Shown here: one piece after another, positions 38,231 through 52,400 of the stretch
Layout: each line of letters opens with the position of its first letter
Numbering within the stretch: the first letter of the stretch is position 1
NCBI RefSeq assembly: GCF_001194135.2
Contig: NC_068991.1
Span: 35,360,658 to 35,424,657, forward strand
Source of the DNA: Octopus bimaculoides
Lineage: Eukaryota
Direction of reading: 5' to 3'
DNA: 64,000 bases
Translations under genes and position numbers: made by a program
Notes under the pieces: model-generated
Databases searched by the model: none
Seen by the model: only the letters and a program-made list of their open reading frames with translations
Told to the model about the DNA's origin: nothing

Positions 38231-41200
38231 TGTGAGATCGTGATCAAGAATGAGGACAGAAACAGGCGTGCTGCTGTAAAGGAGATGCATGGTTACCCAG
38301 CCAGAGGGAGGGACAAGAGAAAGAGAGAGAGTGTAAGACAACAAGAGTGTGAGTGAGAGCAGGAGAGAGATGGTGGCAAAATGTCAAGGCATACCCACAA
38401 CGAATGGGGATCAGAACATAGATGGGATGATAGAGTAAAAGAAGAGAGTGGTAGATGGTGGCAAGTGTCAGGGCATACACTCAAGGTATGGAGGTCATAA
38501 TATATGTGGCAGAGTATTATCAAAAAGTGTGAGTAGGGAGTGGGGGTGGGCAATGCAGTGACTGGTGAGAACCTGAGTATGTAGAGTGGGTGGAGATAGC
38601 AATGATACAGTGAGGACAGGATTGGGGAGTGGGAGATAATTATAGTGTATGAAGGGAAATGTGAGGAAGAGAAGAGATGCAGTTTGGGAGAAGATATGTA
38701 GTTTAGTTTGTTGGGGTAGGGTGTGTGAAAAGTTTTGTTACGTGTGGGTAGAAATCACAGTGCTTCTAGTACCCAGTTTCACTGACATAGATGAGTCTTT
38801 GCTAGAACTTCATATTACCAGACATCTCAGTCTATTGTCATTTTCCCTGTGAGCCCCAAACATCCTGAGATCGGCCCTCACCACTTCATCCCATGTCTTT
38901 CTGGGTCTCCCTTTTCCACATGTACCATCCACTTTCAGTGACTGGCACTTCTTCATACTGCTGTTTTCATACATATGCATCACATGTCCAAACCAACATA
39001 GTCTTCTCTCTTACATGCTGCATTTGATTCCTCTTATACCCAACTTTTCTCTCAACTCATTTGTGCTTTGTTGTTCATGCACACTGATGTTGCACATTCA
39101 GTGGAGCATAAAAAGAGTATAAGACTCATCTGCAATTTGAGAAGTGGTTATGTAGAAAATGCAGAAACAGATTACGCAGGAATTGCATATGGTAAACTAT
39201 GGGTACACAAAAGATATAATAGAATCATAGGCAGGCCGACAGAGAAGGACTTTATATGTAGCAGATATACTGAAATAGTTACCAGAAAGGCAATTATTAA
39301 ATGAATTTCTTCAAATATCTGGAAGTTTCTTCAGAATTAGTTGACTGCTTCTGTTAATTTATGTGACCTAATTGACAATGAAAGTGAGTTTCTGTAGCCA
39401 GAGTAAGAACAATGTGGAAAACTTTTATAAAACTGTTAACTCTGTTGGCAACAAAGGGACTTCCCTTTGTGTGAAGAGCAGACTGTATGGTGCTTGTGTG
39501 CTGTGTGATATTGTGTGGTATCATTGCACAGGTATTGAATACAGAGCCTGTGAGTGAGCTGGAAAAAATTAGGTGAGCATGTTCTGCTGGATGTATAATG
39601 GTAGTGCAAATAAATTTTGGAGCACAAATGATCTGAGAGAAAAACTGGGTATAGAGAGAAATGGCTGTAGAGTGTAAGAGAAGAGACTGCACAGGTATGG
39701 ATATGTGATGCATATAGAGAATGGCAAGTAAGTGCTAAAGGATCTGAGTGGAAGGAACCTGTGGAAGAAGAGAACATAGACAGAAATGGTGAAAGCAATC
39801 TCAGGATGCTGAACTTCACAGTGAAGATGACAAGGGACTGCAACAAGATGCTGTGCTGCACAAGAGTAATATAACTTATGCAGGTAAGGAAAAGACTAAC
39901 AAAATGTTTAAATAATCTATCTAAAAGGTTTATATAATTTACATAAAGGTTAACATCAACTCTGTAAAAGATTTAATGTATATAAAAAAATTCGAACATG
40001 CAATTTTCATATTTTGTTTTTCTCTTACAAAATAATTTCTTTGTTTATTTTTGTTAAGCTAGTGTTTTGTTTCTTTTCTTTTTTTATAGGCTGTTGATGA
40101 ATTTTTTTCTAAATTAGAAACCCAAAAGTTAGATATGAAGATATTACAGCAGGTAATTCATATTTCAAAGTAGAGGATTTTTTCATGAATCTTACAAATG
40201 ATTTTCCAAAATTATTAATTTTTTTAATTGTTAATATTAGGTCAAAAAGTTTATTGATTTTGAATTGGCTTTCCTACCATATTATAATATCACTTTTCTT
40301 ATTTTGTAATGTCTTGACCAAATCATGAATTAAACTTTAATTTATTGCTTCAGGAAAAAATTGCAGTGAAAAAATTGGAAAATGTGAAAAAGGATCATGA
40401 AAAAAGGATGCAAGAATTACAAAAAGTCCAGGTATATCTTTTGTTCTAAATTGTCTCGTCTTCAATTTAGCAGAAAACCACTGTTTTAGAAATTGCAGAC
40501 AATATGAGGAATGGGTCAGGAATGTACTACTGATGCATATTGTGTGTAAAAATACTATGAGCTGGTGCTGAAGAGTTGCTATTACAAACCGAGGGAAACA
40601 TAGAGAGAAGTTGTTTGAACAGAATATGACAGGAGTTAGAGGGAATTGTGTAAATTCAATTAATGAAAAATGAAGAAACAAGTGTTAAAATGATGAAGAT
40701 GATAATTACATTGATTATAGTTTTCTAGTTTTCACATGCAAGAAACTCAGCTGCTGTTTAGAACTATGCAAATAAGTACTGGCTTAAGGTATATCGAAAT
40801 ATACTGGGTGTGGGTAGATGTACCTATATGAGGATACTTCATTTGATTTGCAGTCATCCAAAGTTACAAATTCAAATTATTAAATGAATGGAATAATAGC
40901 TTATTTGCCAATTATTGTTAATTTTTTTTTGTGTCAGAGGGTCAATTAATGAAGGAGTTTAGAAATTATATATATGCGGTGTTGAGCACTCATTTTCATC
41001 ATTCGACATTTATGTACACACACACACAAATATAAAGTAAAGACTATTTGCCAACATAATGTGGCAGTCTTAGATGGGACGAATGTTACTGTTGTTTAGC
41101 CCCAGGAAACATTGTTTCCAGCTGGCTATACAACACAATATCTGTGTTCTTATGTTTTTGAACAGCGGCTAAACAACAATAACATTCATCCCACCCAGGA

Positions 41201-42840
41201 CTGCCACATTATGTTGGCAAATAGTCTTTNNNNNNNNNNNNNNNNNNNNNNNNNNNNNNNNNNNNNNNNNNNNNNNAGCCTGGGAATGAAATTGTTCATT
41301 ATATATTGGAAGAAAAAAGCAAAATATGTTGTATAGAAATTTGTTATTCTAAATTCAATTTATTCTTCAATTGGGAAATCAATTCTGAATTCATAATACA
41401 AAAAAACAAAAACACAAAATTTACCACTTTTGTGAAGGGAGATAAATTCTATCACATATATTGAAGGAAATTACGTATCTGTTTTTTTATATACTAAAGT
41501 GATATCCATCTTGGCTAAATACATAGATTAATGGATACTGGAGTGCATCATATGATTGGTGGGTGGCATTTATCTGTTGAATCTTATTTCCTCTTCCTTG
41601 AATAATATTTCTCTTCCTATACTCATCGCCTGTAATAATTACTGTTACTTCATTTGCAACTGGAGCATTGTAGTGGCCACTGTGCTCAGAAATAGACTTT
41701 TTGTTTGCATCAATAACTATCTTGTATTCAGTGGGTGATGCAGATTCCAATACATACTTGAAGCTTCTGATGTAGCTATTGTTTGCACGCAACATTACTT
41801 GCAGATCAAAGATTAACTCTTCTTTCAAATTAGGAAGGTTAAGTGACCATTGTAAAGCCTGCTCCTTGTAATTTGTCACAAAATATAGCTGTAAAAATTG
41901 AGGATTGTTGCCTTCAGTTGGCAACAAAGATCCAATATGATGATATACTTGACCTTGAACTTTAAATGATCCCTTCTCTTATAATATTGCTACCAAAGGA
42001 GATCATTTGGAAAGCAGAATTATAATTCCTAATGTTTTCCAAGAAGTGCACTCTCGTTGGTGTGTTTCCCAACAGCAATGCCTTCAAAGTATCTGTGGGT
42101 GTACTAAACGTCCGTAAAACAACCGTTCTTCCACCGCAACCCATAGTGGTGATTTCTCTTTCCCATTTCTTTCCTTTATAAAAACTGCACTCTTTTGACA
42201 TTGCTCCAATATCAGTCAATTTCTCTGTAGGATAATCATGTTTTGGATCATAGTTGAAAGCTGATCTTTTCCAAGTCGCCTTAAAAGGTGCAACTCTTTT
42301 GTCAAACGTATTCAGCCTATCTTGATGAAGACGCTTACATTTTTCCTCTGAGGATTGGAGAAGTCTTGCAGCAACTGTTTGCTCCTGGTTTTTCCTTTGT
42401 CTCATCTCTTGCTGATCCATTGTCTCTCTCTCTGGCAGCTTGTCTTTGTCTTGCATCTTTTAAACATTTTCTCTGTCCTTTTTTGACTCTTGGCTCCTGC
42501 GGATTGCATTTTGTTGATGTAATTGTTCTAATCATTTTACCCTTGCTTCTTGTGACTCATTGGTCCTCTCATGCAGCAGCTCTCCTTTGGTCATTTTCAT
42601 GTCTTTGCTGTTGTTGTGCAGGAGTCTCTAGTGACCTTACTGTGGCTATCTGTACTTATCTTTGCTTCACTGTAGAATACTGATCCTCTACATCTACCCC
42701 GTCTCCTCTTGTGGGAAACTTTTTGAAAATTAAAATGGGGATTAAATGAAAAAATGAGTGAAAGTTATGTGAATATTTTCACAAGAGTGATTGAAAAAAA
42801 AAGGTGATTGTGGAATGCCACATGCACGTGCACACACATG

Positions 42841-42894
<54 letters not shown>

Positions 42895-43642
42895 CAGTAT
42901 CAGATATCAGCGTCTCTTACTCTCTCACTTTCCCCCTGTCTTTGTGCTGGTTTTCTTTCACCTTCACCTATAGAACATACATACAGTATCAACCATCAGT
43001 GTCTCTCTCTCTCTCTCCTGCTATCCCACTTTCTTTCAACTTCTATAGAAACTTGTTTTCTCTCTGTTTCTTTCTCTCTTCTCTCTATCTTTTTCTCATT
43101 CTGTATACATAGTATATGCTTACACTTATTCTCTCTCACCCTCTGTAATAGTTCCTCTCTTTTAGTCTATGCTTGTTTCTTTCATTCTATCTCTTTCTAA
43201 CTCACTCACACACACTATTTACATTTCTCCCTCTATCGAAGAACGTGACAAATGCTGAGATGGAGGAGAAATAAGGAACCCCTTCCTCATTTTGCTTCTC
43301 TGTTTCTTTCTCTTCCCTCTCACTCCCTCATTGGCATTATGCACAGACATACAAATACACAGACATCTGCTAATATATATATATATATAGATATATATAT
43401 ATATATATTTATACATACATACACAGTAATCCCTCAACTATCGCGGGTGTTACATTCCAAAACCCCGTGATAGGTGAAAATCCGTAAAGTAGAAACAGTT
43501 CTGTACTGTATATTTTTTTTTATTATCTTTATAATTTGTATATATTTATTTTATTATAAATGCAAAACAACACCATAGAGGAATCAACGTAAGCTTAAAT
43601 AATAAATGGCAATAGATGAACTGCGATATGGCAAGGGATTAC

Positions 43643-43692
<50 letters not shown>

Positions 43693-45242
43693 CAAATGGC
43701 AGACCTCAAAAAAATAGTGGTCTATGGCAGCAAATATCAATTCAAATAAAGCTAACAAAATATTACTGCATTGTGAAAAGGAGAGAATTCTAAGATTTTG
43801 AGCAAGGAAGAAGAATATGCTCCAAATGTTTTGATTCTTTAACATTATATTTAAAGAAACATCATCACATTACCTGTTAAGATTTGTAGAATTATTGATT
43901 TCTTGAAGTTTCTTTTAATCAATAATTTTCTTATTAAGAATTAACTTTCAATTTCAGGAGCTGGATACTTTAAAAGGTCAGTTTATTGAATACAATCTAA
44001 CATTGGTAAGTTATTAATTTTTATACATCATTTGTAATTACTTAGTAAATACATTTGTGAAAGTCAATAGTATACATTTGTTGCTCTTGTGTTGGATTGA
44101 TATAACCACAACTCATGCATAAAGCAGAGAGAGTAGTCCATTAAATGATTGAAAGAATATTTAAATCCATGATACAACATACTAGGCTTTTATTACTCAC
44201 TCTACCAAGTGGTGATGCTTTGCCAGTATATATATATAGAAAAGTTGAACTTACGAAGCATCAGTTGTGGTGGGCAAGAGAGACGATTGCGCTGGTATGG
44301 TCATGTAGTGAGAATGGATGAGGATAGCTGTGTGAAAAAGTGCCACACCCTAGCAGTTGAGGGAACCTGTGGAAGAGGTAGGCCCAGGAAGACCTGGGAT
44401 GAGGTGGTGAGGCACGATCTTCGAACATTGGGCCTCACCGAGGCGATGACTTCTGACCGAGACCTTTGGAAATATGCTGTGCGTGAGAAGACCTGGCAAG
44501 CCAAGTGAGACCTAAATCGAAGGCCTCAGGCAGCCCACTTATACGTACCTTCCTTCATTGGACACTAANNNNNNNNNNNNNNNNNNNNNNNNNNNNNNNN
44601 NNNNNNNNNNNNNNNNNNNNNNNNNNNNNNNNNNNNNNNNNNNNNNNNNNNNNNNNNNNNNNNNNNNNNNNNNNNNNNNNNNNNNNNNNNNNNNNNNNNN
44701 NNNNNNNNNNNNNNNNNNNNNNNNNNNNNNNNNNNNNNNNNNNNNNNNNNNNNNNNNNNNNNNNNNNNNNNNNNNNNNNNNNNNNNNNNNNNNNNNNNNN
44801 NNNNNNNNNNNNNNNNNNNNNNNNNNNNNNNNNNNNNNNNNNNNNNNNNNNNNNNNNNNNNNNNNNNNNNNNNNNNNNNNNNNNNNNNNNNNNNNNNNNN
44901 NNNNNNNNNNNNNNNNNNNNNNNNNNNNNNNNNNNNNNNNNNNNNNNNNNNNNNNNNNNNNNNNNNNNNNNNNNNNNNNNNNNNNNNNNNNNNNNNNNNN
45001 NNNNNNNNNNNNNNNNNNNNNNNNNNNNNNNNNNNNNNNNNNNNNNNNNNNNNNNNNNNNNNNNNNNNNNNNNNNNNNNNNNNNNNNNNNNNNNNNNNNN
45101 NNNNNNNNNNNNNNNNNNNNNNNNNNNNNNNNNNNNNNNNNCTACCAAATTAGGTAATATTTCCCCATGACCAAACATAGAAATGAAGGACACATTTGCA
45201 TTACGGTATCACTTACAACTAACACATGATGTCAAAGCAAAG

Positions 45243-45287
<45 letters not shown>

Positions 45288-46444
45288 ATGATATCAGTTT
45301 CTATCTAACAAATCCACTTACAAGGCTTTGGTTGGTCTGTGACTATAGTAGAAGACACTTACCTAAGGTACCACACAGTGGCATCGAATCTTGAACAGTG
45401 AAGTTGGGAAGCAAATTTCTCATCATACAGCTCTGCCTATATATATATATTATATATATATGTATATATCACTGTGTTGACCAGACTATGAGATGTTCTT
45501 CACAATGCGCTTCCTTGCATTATTTTAGCTTTCAAATGATGGAAAGATGTCACCCTGGTGGTTAGGCGAGCAGGCCAATTTTTCCCCTTGAACAGAATGC
45601 CAATCCATTATAGGGTAACTCATTTATAGCTGAGTGAAATAAAATATTTTGCTCAAGAACACAATGCGCCACAGATCTGGGAATTGAAACCACAATCTTG
45701 CAACTATGAGTTCAACACTCTGACAACTAGGTTGTGAGCCTTCACACATGCTCACCCGCATGCATGTATGCATACCCGCATGACTCCTGAAAGTCATAGT
45801 CATAGACAAGTGAGACAACCCACAGCAAGCTCTATTCAGGAGTGATGGACAATGACGCTTTACCATTTTTTGTGGTTTATCAATATCAGCACACGAGTGT
45901 TGTAAACATTATCAGACACACATACACTATGTATGTGCTTTGATTGTTTGCTACTCAGCTGTGATTTGACCCAGAGGAGATGACTCTCTCATCTTGCCTC
46001 TATGTTTACAACATTTGCACTGCTTGAATTTACTTCTACATATGGTTTGTTTAGGCATACTAACAAATGGTTTTTACACTATTTTACATATAGTGATGGA
46101 CAGGCTATCCAATTTGCCTCTGGTTCGGTTCAAGTATGTGATGTTGATAAGCTACAAAGATGGTGAAACATCGATGTCCATCACTCCTGAATGGGACTCG
46201 GAATGAGTTGTCTCACCCATCTATGGCTATGACTTTCAGGTGATTTAACACCCTTTGCTTTGAGAGAGTCATCTCCTCCATTTCAATTTGCAGTCGACTG
46301 GCAAACAAGCGAAGCACATACACTGTGTATGTGTGTTTGATAATGTTTACACCACTCATGTTGCTTCTAATTTATATTTGAATGTATATCTATATATATA
46401 TATATCACGCTGACTACTTGATAAATTCTTATAAAGATTTTATC

Positions 46445-46494
<50 letters not shown>

Positions 46495-49400
46495 CACACA
46501 CACACATGTCTGCTTCAGTAAACTCTGTCCAACCTATGCAAGCATGGTAAAGTGGATGTTAAAACGATGATGGTGATGATGATGATAACTGGCATGGCAT
46601 CAGTTATGATGATGAGTGATCCTTATGATCTGATCAATGGAAATCCTGCTTGTGAAATTAACATGCAAATGGCTGAGCACTCCATAGACATGCAAACCCT
46701 TAATGTAGTTCTCATAAGGAGATTCAGCATGACACGCAATGTGACAAGGCTGACCTTTTGAATTACAGGACAGCTCATTTTTGCCATCTGAGTGAACTGG
46801 AATAATGTGGAATAAGTGTCTTGCTCAAGGACACAATGTGCTGCCAGGATTCAAATTCAAGACCTTACAGTTGTTTGCCAAATACTGATTGAAGTTTGCT
46901 TTCAATTTAAAAATTTTAAAACACTTTTACTGATAACATCCAGTTGTCTATTTTTGATATGAAGTTTTTTGTTTGCCAAGACCAATTAAAAGCAAGAAGA
47001 CTGCACTTTCCCTTGTGCCATCACCCCTTTCTGTGTGTGTGGGTGTGTGTGTGTGCACATGATAGCTGACATGAAAAATGGTTAACAAAAAAGGACAGAT
47101 ATGGAAAAATCTTTTCCTCGCTAGGATCCACAATCATTATGGTTTTGACACATTTAGCCCCCTCAATACCAGCTGTCTGGAGATTGCCAGCAATTGGTAA
47201 ACATCACTGAAATAGAGGACAGTACAGAAAAAGTTTGACATCTTAAAAGACAAAGTACAGTGACATAAGATGAAAAATTATAAACAGAGTAATATAGTTC
47301 TCAGAGAAAATATTTTGACTTGATGTAAAAACAAAAAAAAAAAAATGCCAGTGCAAATGGAGAATAATAGTAGACTTTCATCAGAACTGAAAGAGAGGAG
47401 GACTTAGGATGTATGAATGAGACAAAGGTAGGGATAAAAAAGGAAGGGGAAAGAAAAAGGCATGGTGGGGTGGGAGCAACCGCAATAGAGTAAGAAAATG
47501 AATACAAGAAGAAGAGAAATCATGAGAGAATGACAGAGAAAAAAAAGATATAGAGGGAGAAAGAGAGAGTAAATAGCAGAGAGAGAGGGAGAGTAATGAA
47601 CATGAAGGGAGAAGATGAAAGAGGCTTTGAAAGGAAGATAGAGAGGATGAAAGTATAAAGTGGTTACAATGAGAGTATAGCAAACTCATAAGAGGCGGAG
47701 AGAGAACGTAAGTTCGTTTGCCCGAACATGAGAAATTATTGATTTCTCATTGGTTAAAAATTACTGCCCATATGCGAATTATGAACTTCGTTGAAGAAAT
47801 CTTTCACGGGGTTACGGTTCTATGATTCGTGTATGAGTAGTTATAAAAACCCTGATTTTCGGCAAACTCTTCAGTGATCGTTGGATGCTACTAAAATCCA
47901 CGACACTCACCCTTTTGAGTATCGGCTAATATANNNNNNNNNNNNNNNNNNNNNNNNNNNNNNNNNNNNNNNNNNNNNNNNNNNNNNNNNNNNNNNNNNN
48001 NNNNNNNNNNNNNNNNNNNNNNNNNNNNNNNNNNNNNNNNNNNNNNNNNNNNNNNNNNNNNNNNNNNNNNNNNNNNNNNNNNNNNTAAATTAATGTAGAA
48101 ACTTAATTCCTTTTACTTCTTGTTTCTTTCAACTTGTTGAATTTATTTCTGTATATTAATGAAACTGTATTTTTTTATGTGTAACGGTCAAAAAAATATA
48201 ATCTATATCTTCAACATACATGTACGTATGAACGCACGTTCAGCGTCTTGGTATGTATACATCATAACATTTACGCAGCCTAAACTAAGAGTTATGCTTA
48301 GTGATAAATACTTATAATTAAGTTATAAGTAACGAGATTATCATTATAGCTTTTAATTAAGAAACAATAATATTTGTTATAACTTACGAATGAAAACATT
48401 GTAAATAAAGATATAGTATATCTCACACTTCCACGACCTGTTGTGATAAACGACCACATTAAAAGAGTAAACATCTACTGAGGAGATTAAAAAGGAAGCT
48501 ACACGAATTTCCCTTACTCTTTCCGTCCTTCCTTCCTTCCTTCTCGCCTCTCACCCCACTCCATCTGTCCCTCGCTTTTCTTTCCCTTCCATTTTTGATT
48601 TCTCCATGTCATTGATTCTGAACCCTGGAACTCAAGATGTTTTCCATAAGGATGTACAGGTCTGACAGGACCAATCCTTGTTTAACATTGTCTCTCATAC
48701 TGCAATGGAAGCATGGCTCTAAATTCTAGTGGAATGTAGCTTGTGCACCTATTTATGATATTCATGCACTTCTAGTTCATAGTCATTCAGGACTGTATTA
48801 AACAAGACTGATCTTGATCTCTGTATTGTGTCCTGTAGTATAAACTTGAACATGACATTACATTGTTGGGTAGCATTTCTGAAGTTACTGTGTAACATTG
48901 ACTCTTTAGAAGTTGGACTCATCATCATTTATGATGATGATTATGAATATATTACTATAAATATATTATGGCAAAACAATACTTCTCGAGTATAGAAATT
49001 TCATTATCTATCATTTCATCCTAAGAATCGACTAAATTGTAGTGATTGGTTATGATGTCAGATATCTTTGAATAAGAGTTGCTTTTTCATATTGGCTAAA
49101 GTCATTCAACTAGAAAGTAAAACTAAATTAGTACAGTCAAAAACGTTATAAAAAGTGGAAATTTGGACAACATAAAAGCTGAGCAAGATTGTTTTATAAT
49201 TTTAATTTCTTTTGATTCATATGATACAAAACAAGCAATTGGAATGCACAAAATAGCTTTCCTTTAGTTGGGGTGTCATAACTTGATAAAAACAGTATTA
49301 ACTAGGTAATGTTTATATGATGACAGTTAAATGATGCTTGATATGTACTCCAAATATATTAAAACAGGAATACAAACAACTGCTTGGTCAGTAATTAACA

Positions 49401-52400
49401 CTGAGATGGGCAGAGAATAATGAGCCTGTGTGTGGTTAGAAGTTACAGCACATAACCTGGTTATGAAGTAGAGCCTTCATCAATATTAATCTGGTTGCTA
49501 GTATATTGGTCATTTTGCATTATAAATGAAAAGTTAATCCACTTGTCATACTCAGATTTAAAACAGCATGTGTTTTGACTCACCTATGTGAGAGTATTGG
49601 TTAGTAGGCTTTACTAATCAACTGAAAATATTTGACTGAAATGTTAGATTCATTAAAATACTTTTGAATTAATTTGTTTCATTTGGAATCTTGTTAGGTT
49701 GATCAAGCCATAAGAGTTGTTCGGAGTGCTTTAGCCAATCAAATCAATTGGACAGAAATTTCTGAATTACTGAAACAGGCTCAACTGCAACAAGATCCAG
49801 TTGCTTGCTCCATTAAATCCCTAAAATTAGAAACTAATCACATCACCATGCATCTCAAGTGAGTATTTATGTTTCCTTGAAACCCTAATATTTAAATTTA
49901 CTATTTTGGAGATACTAGCTGGCTAATTGTGAAGGTAAATGAAAATTTACAAATAAAAGGGTTGACAGTTCATGCCTTGTTGCTGGTATTGAACTGAGTT
50001 TTCAGTAAACACATGTAAATGCTTTTTGGATCAGTTCACCTAACTGTAATATAGGAACCATATAAGTGGAAGAGAATGGTACTGTATATTTTATACGTCT
50101 TTCATTAGGTTACTGTGTTGTGTTCATATTTTGTTATGGAATTATTGGAGAAGAAGATGCTATTAATAATTTTATTGCCAAGGCTTATTGATGACGTTAC
50201 TCTCTTTAATGTTTTTGTGATTGTCTGTTTACTATTCTGGACTATAGTGATGCTTTTGTATTTTTTTAATGACTAAATGTTTGAATAATTTTCTTAAGAA
50301 ATAATTTTTTTCTTTCATTTAATACATAAAAGAAAGGCCATATTTGATATTGCAATCCTCAAAAAGTTAGAGTGATCATGGCTGGGTTGTATTTGATCAT
50401 ATTTATGCTGGTTTAGGACTGACAACAACAACTTATACTGCAGATTTCAGTAGAACTCTGAAGTTGATTACTACTGGAATAGTTTAAAGGCATTAATCAG
50501 TTATTGCAAACATGGAGAGATACATTCTGCCTGGTTGTGATAATTTCTGTGAGGTAATATTCTTAATGGTATGGCATGAACAATAAGAAAGTAATGTGAA
50601 AATAGAGTTAGAACACAGTTAAATAAATAATGTTGACAAGCAACTGCAGATAACAATAAAGAAAAAAGGGTATGAAGTTGCAAATACAATGACCCCTATT
50701 TTCTATAAGTAAATATTTAAGCTTGTCAAAGCAGCTTACTCATTGTTCTATAAGGGATCTTGTGAGCCTTGAATGATGAAATGTTTGGGAACTATATCTT
50801 TTTATTTGACCTTGTATGCATTAATGACTTTTATAAAAATCTTACCTCATTTTAGAATTTCATGTTTTTCTTACTATGAACCCCATTGTCTAAAGCAAAC
50901 AATGACTGTGCAGGGTTTGAACTGATGAGCAGATATTCAGTGGTTCAACATCATAACTTTACAGTCAATGTTTCCTTGGATAATAATAATATCTTAATAA
51001 ATGCTGATGTTTTTATCTATTCTTACATTCCAGTGATCCTTATATTGATAGTGATGAAGAAGAGGATGAACAACCAAAGTCTCTGATGATTGACATTGAT
51101 CTTGGTCTCAGTGCTTATGCCAATTCTAAAAAGTCAGTGTGTTATTTTTATTATTCATGAAACATTTTAGTTGCTTGCTCTGTTACTTTTAAATTCATTT
51201 AAAATTTAAATAGAAGAAATTTTCAATAAAAGAGAAGTGAAGTAAAAAAAAAAATCAATGCTATATAAATCTAATTACCATATTTAAAGTCAGGTAATGG
51301 ATTGACAGAATTGTTAGAACATTAGAAAAAATACTTTGCAGTATTTGTCCTGGTTTTTCACTTTCTGAGTTCAAATCCTACCGTGGTCAGTTTTGCCTTT
51401 TATTCCTCCTGAGTTGATAAAATAAAGTACCAGTCAAGTACAGGGGTTAATGAAATTGATTAGCCCTTCTCCTTAAAATTGCTGGCCTTGTGCCTAAATC
51501 TGAATAATATTTAATTTATTAGTAAGAAGATAGTTATGACAGTGGAAAACTAGATTAATAAACTTGCTGTATTTAAAGAGTGTAGGTGATGGGTGTGCAC
51601 ATGAACGTGTGTGTATGTATGTGTGTGGTGTAGTGAGGTGAAGGAAGATGTGATGCTGGGCTGTTACTTGGCGTAATGTAGTGCACTATGTGTATATGTG
51701 CATATCTCTACATGTATATGTGTATATATCTGTACATATGTGCATATCTATACATGTGTGGGTGTATCTGCATGTGCGTATATCTGTACATGTGTGTATA
51801 AGTGTATGTAGGTTGGTACATGTGTATATGCCTATGTGTGTGTGTATTTGTGTACATATGTGTGTGTATTCCTGTATATGTTGGGTTGGACATGCTTGCA
51901 TGTGTATATGTACTTGTGTGTGTATGTGTTCATATGCATCTGTGTGAGTGCATTGCTAGCCACTACACATTCTTTATTTTCTCTCCTTGTTTCTTTCTGT
52001 GTTCCTTTCTGTGGAAGAGTGTAGGCTTGAAACTTTAAAGACTTTTTCACTTCCTGAGCGTTAAACTAATACACCACCTTCTTTGTCTTTTGTTTTTTTG
52101 TGAATTCTCTCCTTAGATATGCATATAGGTATGTGTGCATATGGATGAATGTGTTATATGTATGTACGTGTGTGTGTGTGTGTGTGTGTATGTGTACATG
52201 TATGTGTAGACGTTTTTGTGTGCCTAGATTTGTTCATCTGTATGTGTGTGTTACATATATGTGTATATGTATGTGAGTTTGTACACACTTGTGTGTACAT
52301 ATACATGTGTATGCATATCTTTTAGCTTTTATCTTTTACTTGTTTCAGTTATTACAATGTAGCCATGCTGGGGTATCACCTTGAAGAATTTTAGTTGAAT

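Noticed and set aside
40432-40441. Exon 12 donor GTATATCTTT as a U12-type intron
   Set aside because: Does not match GTATCCTT; no U12 branch site seen.
44505-45193. Long ORFs spanning N runs (also 24000-24670, 47881-48093)
   Set aside because: Artefacts of assembly gaps.
47100-47300. Minus-strand acceptor-like site and short open frame as a nested gene
   Set aside because: No recognisable product, donor or partner exons.
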